From the NCBI GenBank assembly GCA_001662655.1, contig KV460229.1: a DNA stretch of 64,000 bases; one strand, given 5' to 3'. The stretch is from Pseudogymnoascus verrucosus. Lineage: Eukaryota. The first letter of the stretch is position 1. Every line of letters starts with the position of its first letter. Shown piece by piece: positions 61,030 through 64,000 of the stretch. The notes below the pieces were generated by a model. The model was not told the origin of the DNA. It made no database searches and saw only the letters and a program-made list of their open reading frames with translations. The translations under genes and the position numbers were made by a program.

Positions 61030-63043
61030 TAGTGATGGTCTAAAAAAGGCATCGCGGGTTTCGCCGTAGCTGGCGCGGCAGATTGTTAGGGGAAACCGAC
61101 CGCCCATGGAATACGGCGGTGGGCTTTTGTGCCCAAAATGACCAGGTATTTTTCGTGGGGACCGTCCGGCTCCCCAACTCGTCAGAGTATTGGACTGGAA
61201 TTCCGCCCAATGTCTCACTTTCAGCTGGGCTGAGGAACGCCCAATTCCTCAGGGTTTTGGTGTTTCCCCCAGGCCTACCAATACTGTACGTAGGCCCGTA
61301 GATTAGTTAGTATTTCAATTGATTATATGATTCTATTTTACAGTATTTACTGTGAAGCCTCTGTTCTGCTGCCCGAAGTAAGGATTCCGGCTACCGGAGA
61401 CACCATACGATTTGTGTGTGGTCCCCGTATTCCGGTATTCTTTTCAACACAGATATTGGAGACATCGTTGCCCCTTAACTCCCGGGTATTACAGAGACTG
61501 TACCAACCTGTGCTCCGCTCACTACCACGTTTCTCTCCCGCAATATGATAGGGGTTGTAAGTTGCCATATCCGGTCTACCATTTGTCCGTAACAAAGCCA
61601 ATCAAAGCGTTAAAAGTGTTGACACCGCTTCCTCTCCTTGTGGCTTAGCACACGGAGGAAGGGCAAGGGTAACTGTTGACGAACGTGCCCGCCACCAAAA
61701 CTTGTCTCTCATACGGTGAGTAAGCAACGATACCTTTTGTTGATCATATGGTTGCCTACGTACTCTATTGTATGTACTGAAAATGGGGTTCTTTTCTAAT
61801 ATTGGAAATGATCTTGCGGCGAGTTAAAGAATAAGCTGCTTTTGAAACGGGGCATGGGTGGAGAGAAAATAAGCACTTGGGTGCATACTTGTACATTCAT
61901 CCGTTGACTACCTATTAGCCAAGGATCTATACGACTGATCGACGCAAGCTCCTGGAAGGATTATTCGGTATTATAACAGGGTATGCAGTGCTAACCGCGC
62001 CCCACCAAGACCACCGTTGGTCGTGCATTAAATTTTAGTTCGGTAGTTGTTCACCTGTCATACGATCGTATAATGCCTTGTAATATAAGGATGACCAAAT
62101 AAAGTAGTAGTCTCTGACAAGGAAAGTTTTACCACCTGCAGTAGTTGCTTGTCACACAACGGTAAATGAAGGGGAGATAGTTGAACTCTGAGATACTTGA
62201 TTGGGGTGACTAGGGCTGATATATAGAGAGAGTCCTTGCGCATGTGCGTGAAGACAAGTCAATCCACATTTCTAGTCTGCTACCTCTAATGGCTCCGGTA
62301 ACTAAATCCCAATGGGCATGATAACCCCACCAAAGATTATAGGTGGATAATTTACGACGTTTGTGCTACATGTACTGTTGCGAAAGACAAGACTGATGGG
62401 TCAAAAACGAGGGCATCGCTGGCTCGGGAGATATTGGGTGGAAAAATCTCCGAACCCCTATTCTCCCCGCGCGCGAGTACGGTTCCTCCGCGGAATCAAA
62501 CACTCCGCGTAAAATGTGCCCTTACTACTTATAGCGCAATGCCAACAGGGTAGGGGTTGCCAACCCGTTGCCGCCTCTGAACCCTGCCTTGCGTACCCGC
62601 AGTGCCAAGGTTCAAACGGCTCGTAACGTTTGTGATCGACGGTACGGTTGATTAGCAAAGGTAGCGACTGTTGTTGATTGTATAGGTTGTTTGCATAGCT
62701 CATCTTATACGGCACTGGCTGTGGTAAAGAAGAGTTTCATTTGAGGTATTAAAAGTGACCTTGCAACCAATTATTGAGCTACCGGAAGAGTTACCTTTGA
62801 ATCATAGGCACTGATTGACGCAATCCTTGACGAAAGAAAAACAAGCTCAATGTAGGGCAGGGCGATCTTTCACCTTGTCTATCATTTAAAGCGTTGTATA
62901 TTCCCACCCCCACCCCGCCTGACAAACAAACTCACTCTAACAAGGATAACTCTAGCCAATTATACACTTCAGTTCATCGCCCACGCAGGATACCCCGCTT
63001 CCCGAGAACTGGGCACTAGAAATGGCTAGAGACCCAAAAATGC

Positions 63044-64000
63044 ATGTCAGCCTCAGATAGGAGAGAAGTATATATACTCGATAATAAACGTTGGGCTTTG
63101 AAGGATTACTGTATAAAAAGCAAACTTCTGCAGAGATTTATTGATTGTGCTTTGAAGCGGTTCTCCAGATCAAATGTGGGCTTCTGGCATCTGCGGTATT
63201 CCTGCTCGAAGGAATGCAGCTGTGATCATTGATTATTGCTGATATTGTTATGCTTATAGATGGATCCAGACTACAACGTTGCAGCCCTTGCCCAGATATT
63301 GGAGGTTGTTTCTCCGTCTCATATCATCAATTCAGAGGTTCAGAATTGTCCTTTGCTCCAATGGACTTAGCATCATAACTAATCACTTAGTAGTTGTCAT
63401 TATCTTCTTTTCATAGTTTTGTGACCCGATGCACGGATTCGGAGCGCCAGCTTCTACTTCTACCAATAAGTGACGAGAACCCGGACAATGCTCAAAGAAT
63501 TGGAGATTCGAAGAGAAGTAGGAACATCTTCTTCCCCATATTTTTTTTTTGCCCTGCAAGCTATATCATACACTTCTATGGGTATCTATGGTCTAAAGGA
63601 TACGAAAGATTACTTGCTGACATGGCATAATATCAGAATCACTTACGCCTTCACTTACCAATCCTGAGTCGGGAGACTCACAATATCACACACCAAATAC
63701 CCAAACCCCATCATTTATGCCGTCACTCGACGCTTGCCCGACAATGACATCGACGATATTTGGCTCGTTGGCCGTGTCTTCAGTTGATCCACTGAATGTG
63801 TTTTCAGAAGCTCAAGCTTTCTTTGAAACGAGGCTTGGTCCTAGAAAGGGCCATGCGAAGAATCTAGTTCGAGCATTCCGCGGCTTCCTAGAATCTATAG
63901 ACCTAGACCCTGAAGATTACCGGAATATCTGGTCTGCTAGATCAGAGATTTTTTTAGGTTCTGGGGTAGGCCCCATTGCCCGCTTTCATCGATTATACGA
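63044..64000 (+). pseudogene. Possible degraded or partial protein-coding sequence
   Basis: Protein-like segments in changing frames (HFYGYLWSKGYERLLADMA*, PIIYAVTRRLPDNDIDDIWLVG, KNLVRAFRGFLESIDLDPEDY). No family recognised. Confidence 0.3.

Overview
Left end of a filamentous-ascomycete chromosome or contig (GT-AG introns with CTRAC branch points, RIP, CCCTAA telomere repeats). A Leotiomycete such as Pseudogymnoascus is my guess only. (1) 1-14.3 kb is an AT-rich, largely RIP-mutated subtelomere. About 4 telomere repeats are joined directly into a truncated Ty3/gypsy gag. Beyond that lie three LTR pieces, a RIPed Myb-domain gene, a complete RIPed Fot1/pogo transposon, a GH95 fucosidase pseudogene and an intact small secreted-protein gene between direct repeats. 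These are followed by a Myb + tandem-chromodomain pseudogene, a DUF3505/telomere-linked-helicase-like relic cut by a solo LTR, and a hAT MITE at the RIP boundary. (2) 14.3-33.6 kb holds accessory and secreted genes: a frameshifted Cys-rich GPI protein, an 8xCFEM GPI protein, a CE1 acetylxylan esterase, a small secreted protein, an intact hAT transposon with 8-bp TSD, a membrane/Cys-rich protein, an MFS transporter and a decayed alpha-carbonic anhydrase. (3) 34.6-54.3 kb holds core genes: GIS2/CNBP, SAE2/CtIP, CDC50, SPT16, DUF2462, ERG4 and kinesin-3. (4) 54.9-64 kb holds a Pth11-like receptor, JEN1, a 16-bp minisatellite of CreA/Mig1-type sites, a Tc1/pogo MITE and a degraded ORF. All family calls come from motifs I recognised by eye; no database searches were run.
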